Shown here in pieces: positions 37,154 to 48,451 of a stretch of 59,978 bases of DNA. The translations under genes were made by a program, and so were the position numbers. Each line of letters opens with the position of its first letter. The first letter of the stretch is position 1. The stretch lies in IMG/VR virus record IMGVR_UViG_3300032050_000029, positions 62,001-121,978 of that record; one strand, 5' to 3'. The notes below the pieces were generated by a model. The model worked only from the letters and a program-made list of their open reading frames with translations, was not told where the DNA came from and searched no databases. Source of the stretch: an uncultured virus (IMG/VR IMGVR_UViG_3300032050_000029) (lineage: Duplodnaviria; Heunggongvirae; Uroviricota; Caudoviricetes).

Positions 37154-38869
37154 TTAGATAATATCAACTCCGTTGAAGTTGAAGTTCAATACATAGTACA
37201 TAGTTTGTGGGTGGAATCCAGCGTCTACTAAGTCGAATCTAGATTTAACCGCGATTTTAGGAGCCATAGTTCCTTCTGCGATTGTCTCAACAGATTCAGC
37301 CATTAAGTAAGGCATGAATACTAAACCAGGAGAGTTACCATCACCTTTACGACCTACAGCGATCTTAACATCGTTAAAGTCTCTGTTTGGATCTACATAA
37401 ACAGTAACACCTGCGATAGCTCCGATTGGGTAAAGAGAACCACCAGCTTGGTTAACTGTGTTAGAAAGAGGATAAGCAACGAATCCAGCGATGTCCTGAA
37501 GAGCAGATGCCATCTTACCGCCAGTTACAGCGAAAGTAGCAGGTCCTCTACGGCCACGAGTAGCGATCAAGTTAGAAGCAGCAAGAACCTTAGTAAGGAT
37601 TCTACGTTGCAATGTACCTTGAGTTTCGCCACCACCACCAACTGATACAGAAGTAACAGTTACAGAGCGGTTAACGCCAGTATTGTCAGTTCCAAGAGGA
37701 ATAGTAACAGCACCGGTAGCACCAGTAGTAAATGCAGCTGAAAGAACAGTAGCGTCTACTTGAGATACTTGGTAAGCGTTAGTTACGCCATTCTTGAAGA
37801 TTCTATCCAAGATATACTTGTTGATAGATTGAGTTAATTCATTAACCAATACAGCTTCTACTTGAGCAACTGCATCGATACCGAATTGCTTAAGATCTTG
37901 TACTTGTTCGCGAGTTACAGCGGCAGCAACTTGATAAGTTTTAGCGGCAACTGATTTGTTGAACAATGATAGACCCATGATGTTATCTGGAGTAGATTCT
38001 CCATCTCCTCTTTGATAAGGATCAGTACTGTTAATAGATTCAGCGAAAGAAGGAACACCTGTAGCAGGGTTGTTCTCAGCGAATGCATTACCAGAGAAAC
38101 CAACGATGTGGTCTTCTAAAGCTTTAACTAATTCAGGAGCTCCGTCAAAGTTAACACGAACTACAGTTAGAGGATCATCAGAATAACCATCAGTAGCTGC
38201 AGTGATTGCAGTATAGATTGGCTGATAACCTTCTTCACCTTGTGCAAAAGGATCAGCACCTTGAGCTTGGTCAGTTCCTTTACCTCTTACGCGGAAAATA
38301 GGATAACCATCGATACGAGACTTACCAACGAAAGTTAATTCGTATGCACCGAAGCTACCAGTACCAACGTAAAGAAGATCGTTAACTGCTAAGTCACCAC
38401 CAGTAGCGATAGTTAAAGGAACTTTGATCATTAAAGGAGCAGAGTTACCGTTAATACCACCAGCAGTAGTTACACGACCACCACCATATACAAAGTCTAG
38501 GTAAGTAAGAACTCCCATAGGACCTTGCATAGGAACTACAGGTACAAGATCAAGACCTACAGTCTGAGCAGCTACTTGCATAGCAAGTGGCAACAAAGAG
38601 AATGGTCTATCACCAGAACCTGGGGCCTGAGAATAGAAAGCGTTCAATGTAGTAGGATCTCCAGGGAAAGTAGGAGCGCCCATTGATTGAACGTTCATGT
38701 TTGGATTGAGGTGTACAGTATTGTAAACACTTTCATTAAGGTTATGGTAATGGCAATACTTAGACATCCAAGATAACTTAGACTTCTCAGTGATACCAGT
38801 AGCCTCCTCAATGATAGGTGCCCACGTCTTTTGTACTTCAGCCTCATTAATTAAATGATTTGCGTACAT
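37154..38869 (-). CDS. gp23: Major capsid protein
   Basis: DLVPVVPMQGP, EQVQDLK, TRGRRGPA, FMPY, PKIAVKSRF. Confidence 0.93.
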   Translation of the reverse strand: MYANHLINEAEVQKTWAPIIEEATGITEKSKLSWMSKYCHYHNLNESVYNTVHLNPNMNVQSMGAPTFPGDPTTLNAFYSQAPGSGDRPFSLLPLAMQVAAQTVGLDLVPVVPMQGPMGVLTYLDFVYGGGRVTTAGGINGNSAPLMIKVPLTIATGGDLAVNDLLYVGTGSFGAYELTFVGKSRIDGYPIFRVRGKGTDQAQGADPFAQGEEGYQPIYTAITAATDGYSDDPLTVVRVNFDGAPELVKALEDHIVGFSGNAFAENNPATGVPSFAESINSTDPYQRGDGESTPDNIMGLSLFNKSVAAKTYQVAAAVTREQVQDLKQFGIDAVAQVEAVLVNELTQSINKYILDRIFKNGVTNAYQVSQVDATVLSAAFTTGATGAVTIPLGTDNTGVNRSVTVTSVSVGGGGETQGTLQRRILTKVLAASNLIATRGRRGPATFAVTGGKMASALQDIAGFVAYPLSNTVNQAGGSLYPIGAIAGVTVYVDPNRDFNDVKIAVGRKGDGNSPGLVFMPYLMAESVETIAEGTMAPKIAVKSRFDLVDAGFHPQTMYYVLNFNFNGVDII

Positions 38870-38952
38870 TTTGTTTTTTGTTTTTTTATTTGTTTTTATT
38901 AATCAATCTGTAGCTCTTTGCTTCTTAGCTATTAGATTATATTTTTTATATA

Positions 38953-40683
38953 TTATCGTCCTAAGTTGAATTTTACTCTATTAACTAGGTCATTAGCAAA
39001 AGATTCATTTACTAAAGGCTCCTTAGGTGCAGCGGCCTCAGCAGCTGTTTTACTTTCATTAATTTGTTCTAATTCCATTTGAGATGGTCTTAGATCTCTG
39101 GTTCCCCAGAAGTTATTAATGGCGTAAGGAGTAGTTAAGGTATAGAACTTAGATTCTGCAATAATTTGATTCTTACGAGATTCTGATAAAGCTTCCCATT
39201 TAGCAGAGAATTTCTCAGGCATATCAGCAATAAAATTCAATTCTCTCTTCTTTTCAATAAATGAAGATTCCCATATATTTTCAGCCTGAACAGTTGACAT
39301 AATTGGTTTAGCATTCATTGATTCAACAATCATTTTCTGCTTTTCTTCAGAAAGTGAATTAAATTCATTTTTCTTAGATTCAGAAAGGAAGTTCATAAAA
39401 TGCATTTCAGTAACAACCTTAGTTTTGGCTTCAGCCTTTGCAATTAATTTATTTAAGGCTTCTTCTATTGAATCTTTATATTCTTTCTTATCGGATTCTT
39501 TTTCTTCATTCTTAGATCCACAAGATCCTTCATGAACTTCACCGCATTTTTCACAAGTAGCTTCTTCAGATACTTCGGATTCATTAATAGCAGAACCTTC
39601 AACCGTGTTTACATTTTCTGCAATGTATTCAGCATATTTAATACTCTTTCTTAAACCTTCAGCAAGGTGTTCAGAGTATGCAATGTTTTGATCAACCTTT
39701 TCAGCAACATATTCGGAATACTCAATTCCTTTTTCAAGGTTCTCTCCTAAATAGTTTGCATATTGAATTCCCTTATCAGCTTTTTCAGCAACATGTTCAG
39801 CATATTGAATTGAGTTATCCAATTCTTCAGCAAGGTATGTCGTATAATTCTTAATCTTATCTACATTTTCAGCTAGATAGTCAGAATAAGAAATACTCTT
39901 ATCAAGGTTTTCAGAAAGATACTCGGCATAATCGCTTAACTGATTTACCTTTTCTCCAATATGTTCACTGTACTTAATAAGTTTTTCAACGATTTCAGTA
40001 TTGTCTGAATTTGCGGATTCTTTTACATTATTTAATACGCCTTGAACATATTCGGTGTATTTTTGAAAATCCTCAACGGTTACAAAATTTTGATTTTCCA
40101 TTGTTGGTTCTTTTTTATCTTCTGTATTTTTAGTTTCTTCCATTTCATAAATGAATAAAGTAGGGTCGGCATCAAATCCGTAAGATTCGTTAACCCTTGA
40201 TAATTCTGCATTTTCAAATCCAGGATCTGCAACTAGGTCATATGTAAAAAACTTCTTAATCTTTACTTTACCGTTTTCATCAACAGTTCCAGCGGCACGA
40301 CTTGAAATATGAAGAGGAATACCGTCCTTAATTAAAGCCTGTGCTTCTTTACCCTTTGTAGTATTTAATAAACGAACTCTTCCAACAACTTGTTTGTTTT
40401 CGGAATCGTACTTTAAAGATTCTATTACATGGGATACGTTAGAGAGACTAATATCAAAATCTTTTGGGTGGTCTAATTCACCTAAAAGTTTGTTTGTCTT
40501 TACCTTTTCTTGGAGTTCATTAATATGAGGTAAAACTTCCTTTTCCTCATAAATTCTGTTATTCTTATTACGAACACCGAACTCAGTAAAAACGCCTTCT
40601 AATACGACGGCGCCATCATCATCTGTCTTAAATGATAAATTAGACTGTGATCTCTCAAGAATTAATAGTTTTTTTCCTGACAT
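38953..40683 (-). CDS. gp21: Prohead protease fused to scaffold/core (gp21+gp22-like)
   Basis: NKNNRIY, GELDHP, ISSRAAG, YDLVADPGF; C-terminal 14-aa repeats. Confidence 0.88.
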   Translation of the reverse strand: MSGKKLLILERSQSNLSFKTDDDGAVVLEGVFTEFGVRNKNNRIYEEKEVLPHINELQEKVKTNKLLGELDHPKDFDISLSNVSHVIESLKYDSENKQVVGRVRLLNTTKGKEAQALIKDGIPLHISSRAAGTVDENGKVKIKKFFTYDLVADPGFENAELSRVNESYGFDADPTLFIYEMEETKNTEDKKEPTMENQNFVTVEDFQKYTEYVQGVLNNVKESANSDNTEIVEKLIKYSEHIGEKVNQLSDYAEYLSENLDKSISYSDYLAENVDKIKNYTTYLAEELDNSIQYAEHVAEKADKGIQYANYLGENLEKGIEYSEYVAEKVDQNIAYSEHLAEGLRKSIKYAEYIAENVNTVEGSAINESEVSEEATCEKCGEVHEGSCGSKNEEKESDKKEYKDSIEEALNKLIAKAEAKTKVVTEMHFMNFLSESKKNEFNSLSEEKQKMIVESMNAKPIMSTVQAENIWESSFIEKKRELNFIADMPEKFSAKWEALSESRKNQIIAESKFYTLTTPYAINNFWGTRDLRPSQMELEQINESKTAAEAAAPKEPLVNESFANDLVNRVKFNLGR

Positions 40684-40728
40684 CTTCTACTTGTTATTTG
40701 ATTTATATATTATCAACTTATAAAGTTT

Positions 40729-42378
40729 TTATCCTAAACCCGCCAATGGATCTTCTTCAATACCGCCTGCAGGCTTTTCTGGCTTAAAAAGTTTCTTATC
40801 GGCGCCTAAAAGAATCTTTTCAATATCTTCCTCAGTGTAACCTTGGGCCTTTAGATCAGATCTATCCTTAGCACGTTGATTGGCTTTAAGGTCATCTTGT
40901 GTAAATCCTCCATACCTCTTAATTAACCATCCTAAGTCAAAATACGGTATTTCGGTCATATTTTCATCCATTATACTTAATTGGGTCTTCATATTACCAA
41001 TAAAGTCTACTCTCTTGGTTTGAAGTTCCATTTCTTTCATTTCTTCAAATACGTTGTCCTTCATATACCTTAATGCCAATCCAGCCTTAAATGCAATATC
41101 ATTTTTAAGTTCTGGATGGTTAAGACACATTTGAAGATAAACAGGTTTGATTAAGATTTCCTGGAAAATTGATCTTAAGCGATCAATAAATTTAGAAAAC
41201 TTAATTTCATCTCTTAACATACCACTTGCATCCATATCGTAGGTATTACCACCTTCTTTATCGAAACGTGAGAATGGAATTTTTGAGGCAAGTTTAAGTT
41301 TATCAGCAAAGTATTTTAATGATTCGGTGTCTCCTAAATCAGGACCATCTCCTCCGATTGTACTAATCTCAGGTTGTTCGCCATCTTTAGAAGGTAACCA
41401 GTATTCCTTATTAAAAGGCATCATTGGTTTTCCGTTTGTTTGAATTTCTCCACTTTCATAATTGAAGTCTACTACTTCACGATAAGAATTCATTAATTGG
41501 GCAAGGGATTGTTTTGCCCTCGTTTTAGATTTTCCACCGACCGGAATAATAAACTGTGTCTTAAACGAAGCATTAGAAACAGCCCAGATAATTCTGGTAG
41601 TTTCCATAATTCTTAAAAGGTTAAAAGAGCGGATAAGTCTCTCAACATAAGAGATTCTCTGTGGTGAATTAACTTGTGAATATGAAAGATAAAGAATTTG
41701 AGAATCCCAAAGCTTTCTTTCCTTAGATCCGCCACCTTTATACTGAACCCACATTTTCTTTCCAGTTTCAGTATCTAAACCTGGCATTAAAGAAATAGGA
41801 TCTAGTTCTTTAAAGCCTATGATTTCGGTTTGCTTATCATTATAAACAATTTCAAATGCAAGATATCCATCAACCAACCATTTTCTAAAATAGTTCCAAG
41901 GTTGGATAGCATCATTAAACCCAAAATAATTGTAAATGTTATTATAGATATCTCCAATTTCTTCTTCAATAGAATTACTTATTTCTCCGTTAAATTCTGC
42001 ATAAGCAAAATAGTTACTCTTATCAAATACTATTGCCTCATCGGTAACTACATCAAGGATATCTTCAATTTCATCTTGTACCGCAAAGGTTCTTAATTGA
42101 TCTCTCTTCTTTTCATAATCTCTATCAAAGAATGAGATGTTCTTTTTAAGACTCGTATCGGTTAATGATAAGGCAGCAAATGCAGCATACATATCATCTG
42201 CATCGGATCCCATTGGATTCATTGTATAACCCATTGCATTTTCGGTAAAACCGATTGCTCTGGAATTACGAATGATCATATCATCATATGCCATCCCAAG
42301 GTTAGAAAGATCTTTTAGAATCTTTCTTACTGGATTGGAGTCTGTAAGAGGACCTCTTCTATTTGTAAATCCTGCCAT
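40729..42378 (-). CDS. gp20: Portal protein
   Basis: WLVDG, EYWLP, LKYF, IPFSRF, RDEIKFSKFIDRLR. Confidence 0.93.
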   Translation of the reverse strand: MAGFTNRRGPLTDSNPVRKILKDLSNLGMAYDDMIIRNSRAIGFTENAMGYTMNPMGSDADDMYAAFAALSLTDTSLKKNISFFDRDYEKKRDQLRTFAVQDEIEDILDVVTDEAIVFDKSNYFAYAEFNGEISNSIEEEIGDIYNNIYNYFGFNDAIQPWNYFRKWLVDGYLAFEIVYNDKQTEIIGFKELDPISLMPGLDTETGKKMWVQYKGGGSKERKLWDSQILYLSYSQVNSPQRISYVERLIRSFNLLRIMETTRIIWAVSNASFKTQFIIPVGGKSKTRAKQSLAQLMNSYREVVDFNYESGEIQTNGKPMMPFNKEYWLPSKDGEQPEISTIGGDGPDLGDTESLKYFADKLKLASKIPFSRFDKEGGNTYDMDASGMLRDEIKFSKFIDRLRSIFQEILIKPVYLQMCLNHPELKNDIAFKAGLALRYMKDNVFEEMKEMELQTKRVDFIGNMKTQLSIMDENMTEIPYFDLGWLIKRYGGFTQDDLKANQRAKDRSDLKAQGYTEEDIEKILLGADKKLFKPEKPAGGIEEDPLAGLG

Positions 42379-42396
42379 GTTTTATCATTTATTGTT

Positions 42397-42972
42397 TTAT
42401 ATATTCTGGTAATATAAATCTTGCGCCTGTAAAATTGATCCACCAAAGAAAAAGTTATCATCATTAACAGCACCAAGGTACCAGTCTTCATAACCAATTA
42501 TCTTTGGATCTTTCATACGATCTAATCTATATTGCCTAATTGCATATGTTAAGTTATATTTTCTACCTAATGACTTTTTAACGGCTTCATATGTAAAGTC
42601 TTTATTAAATGTTTGTTTTGCAACTTCTCCAGCATTATTAAATTGTCTTTCAAAGAAACCACTAAACGATTTTATGATATCTTCCATAAAAGGTATTCTT
42701 GCATCATAAGGAATGTAATGTAAATTAATTCCTAATTGATTTGTCATTGATCCAGGAACAGCACCTAATCCTATAACAATAGGAAAGGTATCATAAAAAG
42801 TTTCATCTTCAGTAAAATACCTAAATGTATACATCCTACCTTGATCTAAAACGCCAGTTCCCTTAACACCCATTAATAATAAATCCTTAGAGGATGCTTT
42901 AGAGGCCTTAGACTGACCTTTATTCTCAGCAATGTATAAATCTAAATCATCTGTAAAACTACCTATTATCAT
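42397..42972 (-). CDS. gp2: DNA end protector-like protein
   Basis: GRMYTFRY..YDTFP..GINLHYIP. Confidence 0.7.
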   Translation of the reverse strand: MIIGSFTDDLDLYIAENKGQSKASKASSKDLLLMGVKGTGVLDQGRMYTFRYFTEDETFYDTFPIVIGLGAVPGSMTNQLGINLHYIPYDARIPFMEDIIKSFSGFFERQFNNAGEVAKQTFNKDFTYEAVKKSLGRKYNLTYAIRQYRLDRMKDPKIIGYEDWYLGAVNDDNFFFGGSILQAQDLYYQNI

Positions 42973-42973
42973 A

Positions 42974-43450
42974 CTAAAAAAGATTTGAGTCTTCGGTTAA
43001 TAACATAACCTTAAAATTTCTTTGAGTTGCAGCTTTATTAAGAGCATCTGTTTTGCAAAGATTTCTAACATACGTTTCATAGGCATACTTAAAGTTATCT
43101 ATTGCTTTTTTGGTATTTCTTTTTGGTGGAGATGGTTTCTTTAATTGTTCTTTTGGCTTTATCTCTACCACATATTCTTCAACCAAACCCTCTTTATTCA
43201 TTTTTACATAAAAGTCTGGATAATAGTTATGAAACTTATTATCCAAAACATTAAAGTATTTTATTGAAAAAGGTTCAGACACCCAGCTAATTACATTTTC
43301 ATTATGATCACACCAATGACAGAATTTTCTTTCCCACGAGCTTCTGTATATGATAGGCCCTGGTCCTATATACTTATGAGGATTGTGTGGTTTATAATAA
43401 CCTTGTTTAAATCCTGATTTAGCCGTAGGTTTGACATTCTTTATACTCAT
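42974..43450 (-). CDS. gp4: Head completion nuclease (TnsA-like)
   Basis: YRSSWERKF, YYPDF, EIKP. Confidence 0.88.
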   Translation of the reverse strand: MSIKNVKPTAKSGFKQGYYKPHNPHKYIGPGPIIYRSSWERKFCHWCDHNENVISWVSEPFSIKYFNVLDNKFHNYYPDFYVKMNKEGLVEEYVVEIKPKEQLKKPSPPKRNTKKAIDNFKYAYETYVRNLCKTDALNKAATQRNFKVMLLTEDSNLF

Positions 43451-43460
43451 TGGTATTATT

Positions 43461-43826
43461 CTAAATGGTATAAATTCCTTCCCCGTCAGAACTACCGTCT
43501 ATTGAAACGGTTCCTGCATATTTCTTTGGATGTAATTTATTCCAACCTTTTGCAAATCCTCTTTTTGCGATCTCTGTAAAATATGCAAATGCATTTTCAC
43601 TTTTATCTGGATTAAAGTTTCTCCAATAGCGGTAGAGATCCATATAAGCAAATGCTATACAATCTTCTCTATCAGCAGGATCGCGATATGTAAGCTTGGT
43701 TGAACATTTATCTGCTAATAACATTAAGAACTCTAAAGCCTTTGGTGTTAATTCATCGAGTTCTTTTGATTTACGTATTTCGTCTAAAAGATCTCTATTA
43801 TTTAAGTAATTCCTTTTTCTAGGCAT
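43461..43826 (-). CDS. gp55: Late-transcription sigma factor
   Basis: NYLNNRDL, NFNPDKSENAFAYFT. Confidence 0.85.
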   Translation of the reverse strand: MPRKRNYLNNRDLLDEIRKSKELDELTPKALEFLMLLADKCSTKLTYRDPADREDCIAFAYMDLYRYWRNFNPDKSENAFAYFTEIAKRGFAKGWNKLHPKKYAGTVSIDGSSDGEGIYTI

Positions 43827-43853
43827 AACCTGAACTGTTTTTTTATTATATGC

Positions 43854-43886
43854 AAAAAAAGCCGACAGTTTACCTGTCAGCTTTTT
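43854..43886 (-). terminator. Intrinsic terminator overlapping the gp55 promoter
   Basis: GCTGACAG-GTAAA-CTGTCGGC followed by T7. Confidence 0.75.
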
Positions 43887-43902
43887 ATATAAAGGTTAGC
43901 GA

Positions 43903-45732
43903 TTAAATTTCAACCTTAAGGCTTGCCTTCTTTACGATTTTAGATTTATCGGTTTCAGGGACGATGATATTAAGTAAATCAGTATCACCTAAAGAAGTAT
44001 ATTCTTCTGCATTAACAAAAACAGTTTGACCTTTCTTTAATCCATTTACGTTATCTTGAACTTTTGCTTCAACATAACCGTCGTTTAGATATTGGTCTTT
44101 ACTTTTTTTTTCAACTATAGAATAAGTTTCTTGAAGTTCTTTTTCAAACTTAATGATTTCGGTATTGATTAATTTTAATGCTTCCTGTAATTCTTCAGAA
44201 TCTCCTAATGATTTGATTGCTTCAGATACCTTATTCTTCTTCTCTTCTAAGAAAGAAATTTTATCATTGATTTCATTTCTCTTTTTATCAGCAACTGCTT
44301 TTTGATTACCTTCAGCCACTAATCTTTCAGAAAGAATAGATGATGCATCATAATTAATGAATTCTTTAATCATCTTAACAGCTTCAGTTGCAGATGAATA
44401 GAATTTCATTTCATTTACCTGCATTCCAAAGTTAACTTTATTAACCCATACACCTTCCTCAACAGCAATTACAGTTAAGAAAAGATTTAAGAATTCAGTA
44501 GAAGTAATTCCAGTGAAATTATCCATTTCATGTAAAAGATCTACATTCTCAAAGAATTTACATACAGTATCAGATTTCCACTGATCTCTATAACCAAAGA
44601 ATCTTGTTGCAATAAGGGATTCCTTTAATTCTACGATACTTGCATTGGTAAGATCTACTCCACCTAAGCTTAATGTACCTTCAGTAAGGTTATATTCTAA
44701 AGTTTTTCCATTTTCAGAAAAAGTAACTAATGAATTACCGTCAAGTTTAAACATTTTAATACCTTCTAAAACATCAAAGAAACGAGAATCAGTTACTTCA
44801 GTTTCAGAAATCTTACCTTCGGTAAAGATATAGTTCTTACCATGTAAGTGGAATGTTAATCCTTCTTCAGACTCCAACACGGGTGAAAGAATTTTAGAAA
44901 CCTTACCACCATGATTTGAATAGGCCTTTTGCTCAGAGGAAGCCATTTCGTTTAGAATGTTTTTACATTCAGCAGACCATGGGTTCTTTGCAGCAATAAT
45001 AGCAAATTTAGATTTAATGTCTTCAGAAGATTCTTTTAAAAGAATTTCAAATTGATTGGTTAGACTTTCGTATAGTTTACCTTTTTGTGAATTTGATCTA
45101 TCGATTGCTTCAGCAATTCTAAATGACCATTTAGAAGAATCATATGCAGCCATGATATAGCTTCTTAATTCTCTAACTGGGTTTAACCATTCAGATGCAG
45201 CAAGATCTCTGTGAAGATTTTTTGCAATCTTAAATTTAAGAGCGGGGTTTACGTTGTTTTCAATATCTTCACTAATTATTGAAATATCTCCGCTAGAGAA
45301 TCTCATTGGAAAATTACCTAAAGAATTTTCTAAAATGTTAAGTGCATTTTTTGCGGAATAAGATACTCGTGATTGATCTTCTCCCATCGTATTTAATGCA
45401 TTAATGGCTTTCATAACGTTTTCATACAAGCCTGCAAGTGTAAATTTCATATTATTATGATTTTTTTGATTGTTTTCGGTTGTGAATGTTTGAGCAGCGG
45501 CTTTATATGCATTAATACCAGATAATGCTAATTGTTGTGGAGTACCCATTCCTACAAGAATAGCTAAAACTTGACTATCTGATTTACCACTTTTATAAAA
45601 TGCGGTAATAAGATCAATCAATTGCTTTGGGGGATTATTTAGATACGGAGCATCAGTGTTTACACCATATTGAGGCTCAATAGTACCATTCGCATAGACT
45701 TGAGTTTGTCCTTCATTAACTGCTTTACTCAT
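43903..45732 (-). CDS. Hypothetical (probable virion/head) protein
   Basis: Late promoter at 45753; coiled-coil C-terminus. Confidence 0.6.
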   Translation of the reverse strand: MSKAVNEGQTQVYANGTIEPQYGVNTDAPYLNNPPKQLIDLITAFYKSGKSDSQVLAILVGMGTPQQLALSGINAYKAAAQTFTTENNQKNHNNMKFTLAGLYENVMKAINALNTMGEDQSRVSYSAKNALNILENSLGNFPMRFSSGDISIISEDIENNVNPALKFKIAKNLHRDLAASEWLNPVRELRSYIMAAYDSSKWSFRIAEAIDRSNSQKGKLYESLTNQFEILLKESSEDIKSKFAIIAAKNPWSAECKNILNEMASSEQKAYSNHGGKVSKILSPVLESEEGLTFHLHGKNYIFTEGKISETEVTDSRFFDVLEGIKMFKLDGNSLVTFSENGKTLEYNLTEGTLSLGGVDLTNASIVELKESLIATRFFGYRDQWKSDTVCKFFENVDLLHEMDNFTGITSTEFLNLFLTVIAVEEGVWVNKVNFGMQVNEMKFYSSATEAVKMIKEFINYDASSILSERLVAEGNQKAVADKKRNEINDKISFLEEKKNKVSEAIKSLGDSEELQEALKLINTEIIKFEKELQETYSIVEKKSKDQYLNDGYVEAKVQDNVNGLKKGQTVFVNAEEYTSLGDTDLLNIIVPETDKSKIVKKASLKVEI

Positions 45733-45778
45733 ATTTGATGATTTTATTTGTTTTATATATTCTAAGATCCTAAAGTTA

Positions 45779-46759
45779 TTATCCTTCGTCATCTTCTGCA
45801 TTTCTGTATTCTTTACTCTCTGGTGCCTCTAAATCATCATATTTTTTAGCATCAAAGTCAAAGTTGGCAGAAGTCGTTTCAGTTTCTATATAAGGTCCTC
45901 CACGATTAATATCAGAAGGATTAACATACTGCTTATTGGATAATACATTTTCTGGAGCAATCTTTGCAATGTTATCAATTGTGTATTCAAATTTCTGGAA
46001 TACACCACCAAATGATATTCCAATATCTCCATTTGGTCCAGTTCTAAATAGACCAACACCTTCGGCATCAGGGTTACTCTGAATTGAATCTCTGGCTATT
46101 AGATCAACCTCTGATAAGAGAACACCATTTTCAAAACATGGCATAAATGATTTAACTTCCAAATCAAAGGTTACATTAAATTCTTTCTTATCGTTAAGGG
46201 CAAATTCAAAGAGACGATCTTGGCTATAGTCTTCAGGAACTGACATACCAGCCTGAACTCTTGTCATACCTAAATCAACACTATAAAGAGTTGTCTTATA
46301 GAGTTTTGATAAAATTGATTCGGTAACCTTTAACATTTCAAGATTATTGGAACAAACAACAGTTACTCCAAATGTCATAGTAAGAGGTAAAAAGTTTGTC
46401 TCTAGTGAAAATCTTTTTAAGACGCCGTTCCACTCTCTGACAAATTCACCTCTAATAAATTTATTTGTCTGGGCGCCTGAATCAATTGAAAGAGAATTTA
46501 ATTGAAGTACACCTCTTGGTACAACTTCATAATCTCCTATAGCTTTACCTTCTGCAATAGCATCATATAAGAAGTTATCTGCCAGAAACCGATCATCACC
46601 CGTAACAGAATAATAGAAAGGTACATTTACCTTTTGTACAGTATCCTCATCAATCTGATTATAATAGTAAACTTTATTTCTTAATTCAGCAAGAGTAGCT
46701 ACAGTTACATATCGTAATATTGTGTTGTCTTTATTAAATTCCTGGTTATAAGCAGACAT
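45779..46759 (-). CDS. Tail terminator/sheath stabilizer (gp15-like)
   Basis: VNVPFYY, VPRG, ESILSKLY pattern. Confidence 0.55.
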   Translation of the reverse strand: MSAYNQEFNKDNTILRYVTVATLAELRNKVYYYNQIDEDTVQKVNVPFYYSVTGDDRFLADNFLYDAIAEGKAIGDYEVVPRGVLQLNSLSIDSGAQTNKFIRGEFVREWNGVLKRFSLETNFLPLTMTFGVTVVCSNNLEMLKVTESILSKLYKTTLYSVDLGMTRVQAGMSVPEDYSQDRLFEFALNDKKEFNVTFDLEVKSFMPCFENGVLLSEVDLIARDSIQSNPDAEGVGLFRTGPNGDIGISFGGVFQKFEYTIDNIAKIAPENVLSNKQYVNPSDINRGGPYIETETTSANFDFDAKKYDDLEAPESKEYRNAEDDEG

Positions 46760-46783
46760 TTAGTAGTGATTATTTACTATTAT

Positions 46784-48451
46784 TTATTTAATGCTTTCAA
46801 TTGTAAACTCAGAAAAGCCGCCATCCTTTGTAATTTCCAACTTCTTATCAAAATATTCACTTGGCAGGACGGTATGATTAATAACAAATGTGTTTAACCC
46901 AATCTCTTGTATCGTTTCATGAAGAATATTTACGATATGATAAACACCATCAGCATCAATTGAAGAAAAGATTTCATCCAGGAATAAGATGTTAAGACTA
47001 GAGAATCTAACCTTAATCATTTTAATTAAAGCCATGATAATTACAAAATCAACTTTTTTCTTTTCTCCAGTACTTAAGGTTTTAGGACTAATCTCCTGAC
47101 CTAAATGATGGATAGTACAATTAAATTTATCGTCAAAACGGATCCCAAACGGTATACCCATTTCCTTTGCCATAACAAGGATATTATTGTTAAAGGATGG
47201 TAGAATGGACCTAACTGCCAAGTTTTTAATTCCATCATCACCCATAAGAGTTTCAAGAATACTTAAGTAATAGTCTTCGCCTTCGCTCTTAAGTTTTACC
47301 TGACCCTTTTCTTCTTTCTTTTCCTTAAATTCTTTTATAAGTTCTTTAAGATGCCCAGAAGATGAATCATCCTTTTCGGCTAATTCAATAATCTCATTCT
47401 TTAAGGTATTCATTTGGGATTCCAATTGACCAACCTTTACATGGATTTGTCTACCCTGTTCCCTGAGTGTGGTTAAAGAATCATCAATTTTTGCAACCTC
47501 ATCTTGTATCTTTTGATACTTAGCATTTAATGTTTCTAAAAGATCCTGCTTTTCCTTTTTAATATGTTGATGAAATTCTGAATCAAGAGGAGAGTTACAT
47601 GTTGGGCATGTATTATTTTCATAAAGCTCTAATCCTTTTTTAACCGCATTAATCTCAGATTTTAATTCAGTTTCTTTTGAAGATTTAGTTTTATATTTTT
47701 TATCGTTTTCATCAATTCTTACCTTGGTCTTATCATTGGCATCCTTTAGTTTCTTTCTCATTTCATTAAGAGAAACTAATTTCTTTTTAAGTTCAGCTAC
47801 TTTATTGGCATCTTTTTCTTTTGATGCTTCTTCGTATTGTTCTATTTTAAGTAAGACAGATTGGATAGATTCTTCAAGTGTTCTGATTTCATCATCAAAG
47901 GTTCTAATTTCATCTATGATTAACTTTCTCTTATTCTTTACCAATTCTCTCATCTGATTGATTACAGAGAAACCAAATATCCTATCAATGATCTGTTTCT
48001 TATCAAATGGAGACATTGTAATAAAAGACTTAAAATCATTTACAGATAAGATGATAACATTCTTAAATACATGATAAGGAATTTCATAAATCTCGGATTC
48101 TAAAAACTCTTGTAAATTGGACTTACCTGCAACATCATATTCGGTTCCATTTATTGAAACATTAAATATTCCTGGAGATACTCCTCTTTCAATCTCAATT
48201 TGATTTCCTTTACTTTCAATCCAGATTTTTCCCCAAAGATTTCCGTTAACACGATTAGGAAGGTCTTTAAGATTTGCCCCTTCAACTCTACCATAACATA
48301 GATAGGTAATTACTTTGGCTAAGGTACTCTTTCCAGCACCGTTACCGCCTAATACTAGATAAAGATCGCTTTGTTCTTTATCAAATTCAATTACCTGCTT
48401 TCTATTACCGTAACTTGCAAAATTCTTAAACTCTACTTTATTAATCCTCAT
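46784..48451 (-). CDS. gp46: Rad50/SbcC-like ATPase
   Basis: GGNGAGKST, CPTC hook, LSTGE, LFLDEIF. Confidence 0.93.
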   Translation of the reverse strand: MRINKVEFKNFASYGNRKQVIEFDKEQSDLYLVLGGNGAGKSTLAKVITYLCYGRVEGANLKDLPNRVNGNLWGKIWIESKGNQIEIERGVSPGIFNVSINGTEYDVAGKSNLQEFLESEIYEIPYHVFKNVIILSVNDFKSFITMSPFDKKQIIDRIFGFSVINQMRELVKNKRKLIIDEIRTFDDEIRTLEESIQSVLLKIEQYEEASKEKDANKVAELKKKLVSLNEMRKKLKDANDKTKVRIDENDKKYKTKSSKETELKSEINAVKKGLELYENNTCPTCNSPLDSEFHQHIKKEKQDLLETLNAKYQKIQDEVAKIDDSLTTLREQGRQIHVKVGQLESQMNTLKNEIIELAEKDDSSSGHLKELIKEFKEKKEEKGQVKLKSEGEDYYLSILETLMGDDGIKNLAVRSILPSFNNNILVMAKEMGIPFGIRFDDKFNCTIHHLGQEISPKTLSTGEKKKVDFVIIMALIKMIKVRFSSLNILFLDEIFSSIDADGVYHIVNILHETIQEIGLNTFVINHTVLPSEYFDKKLEITKDGGFSEFTIESIK

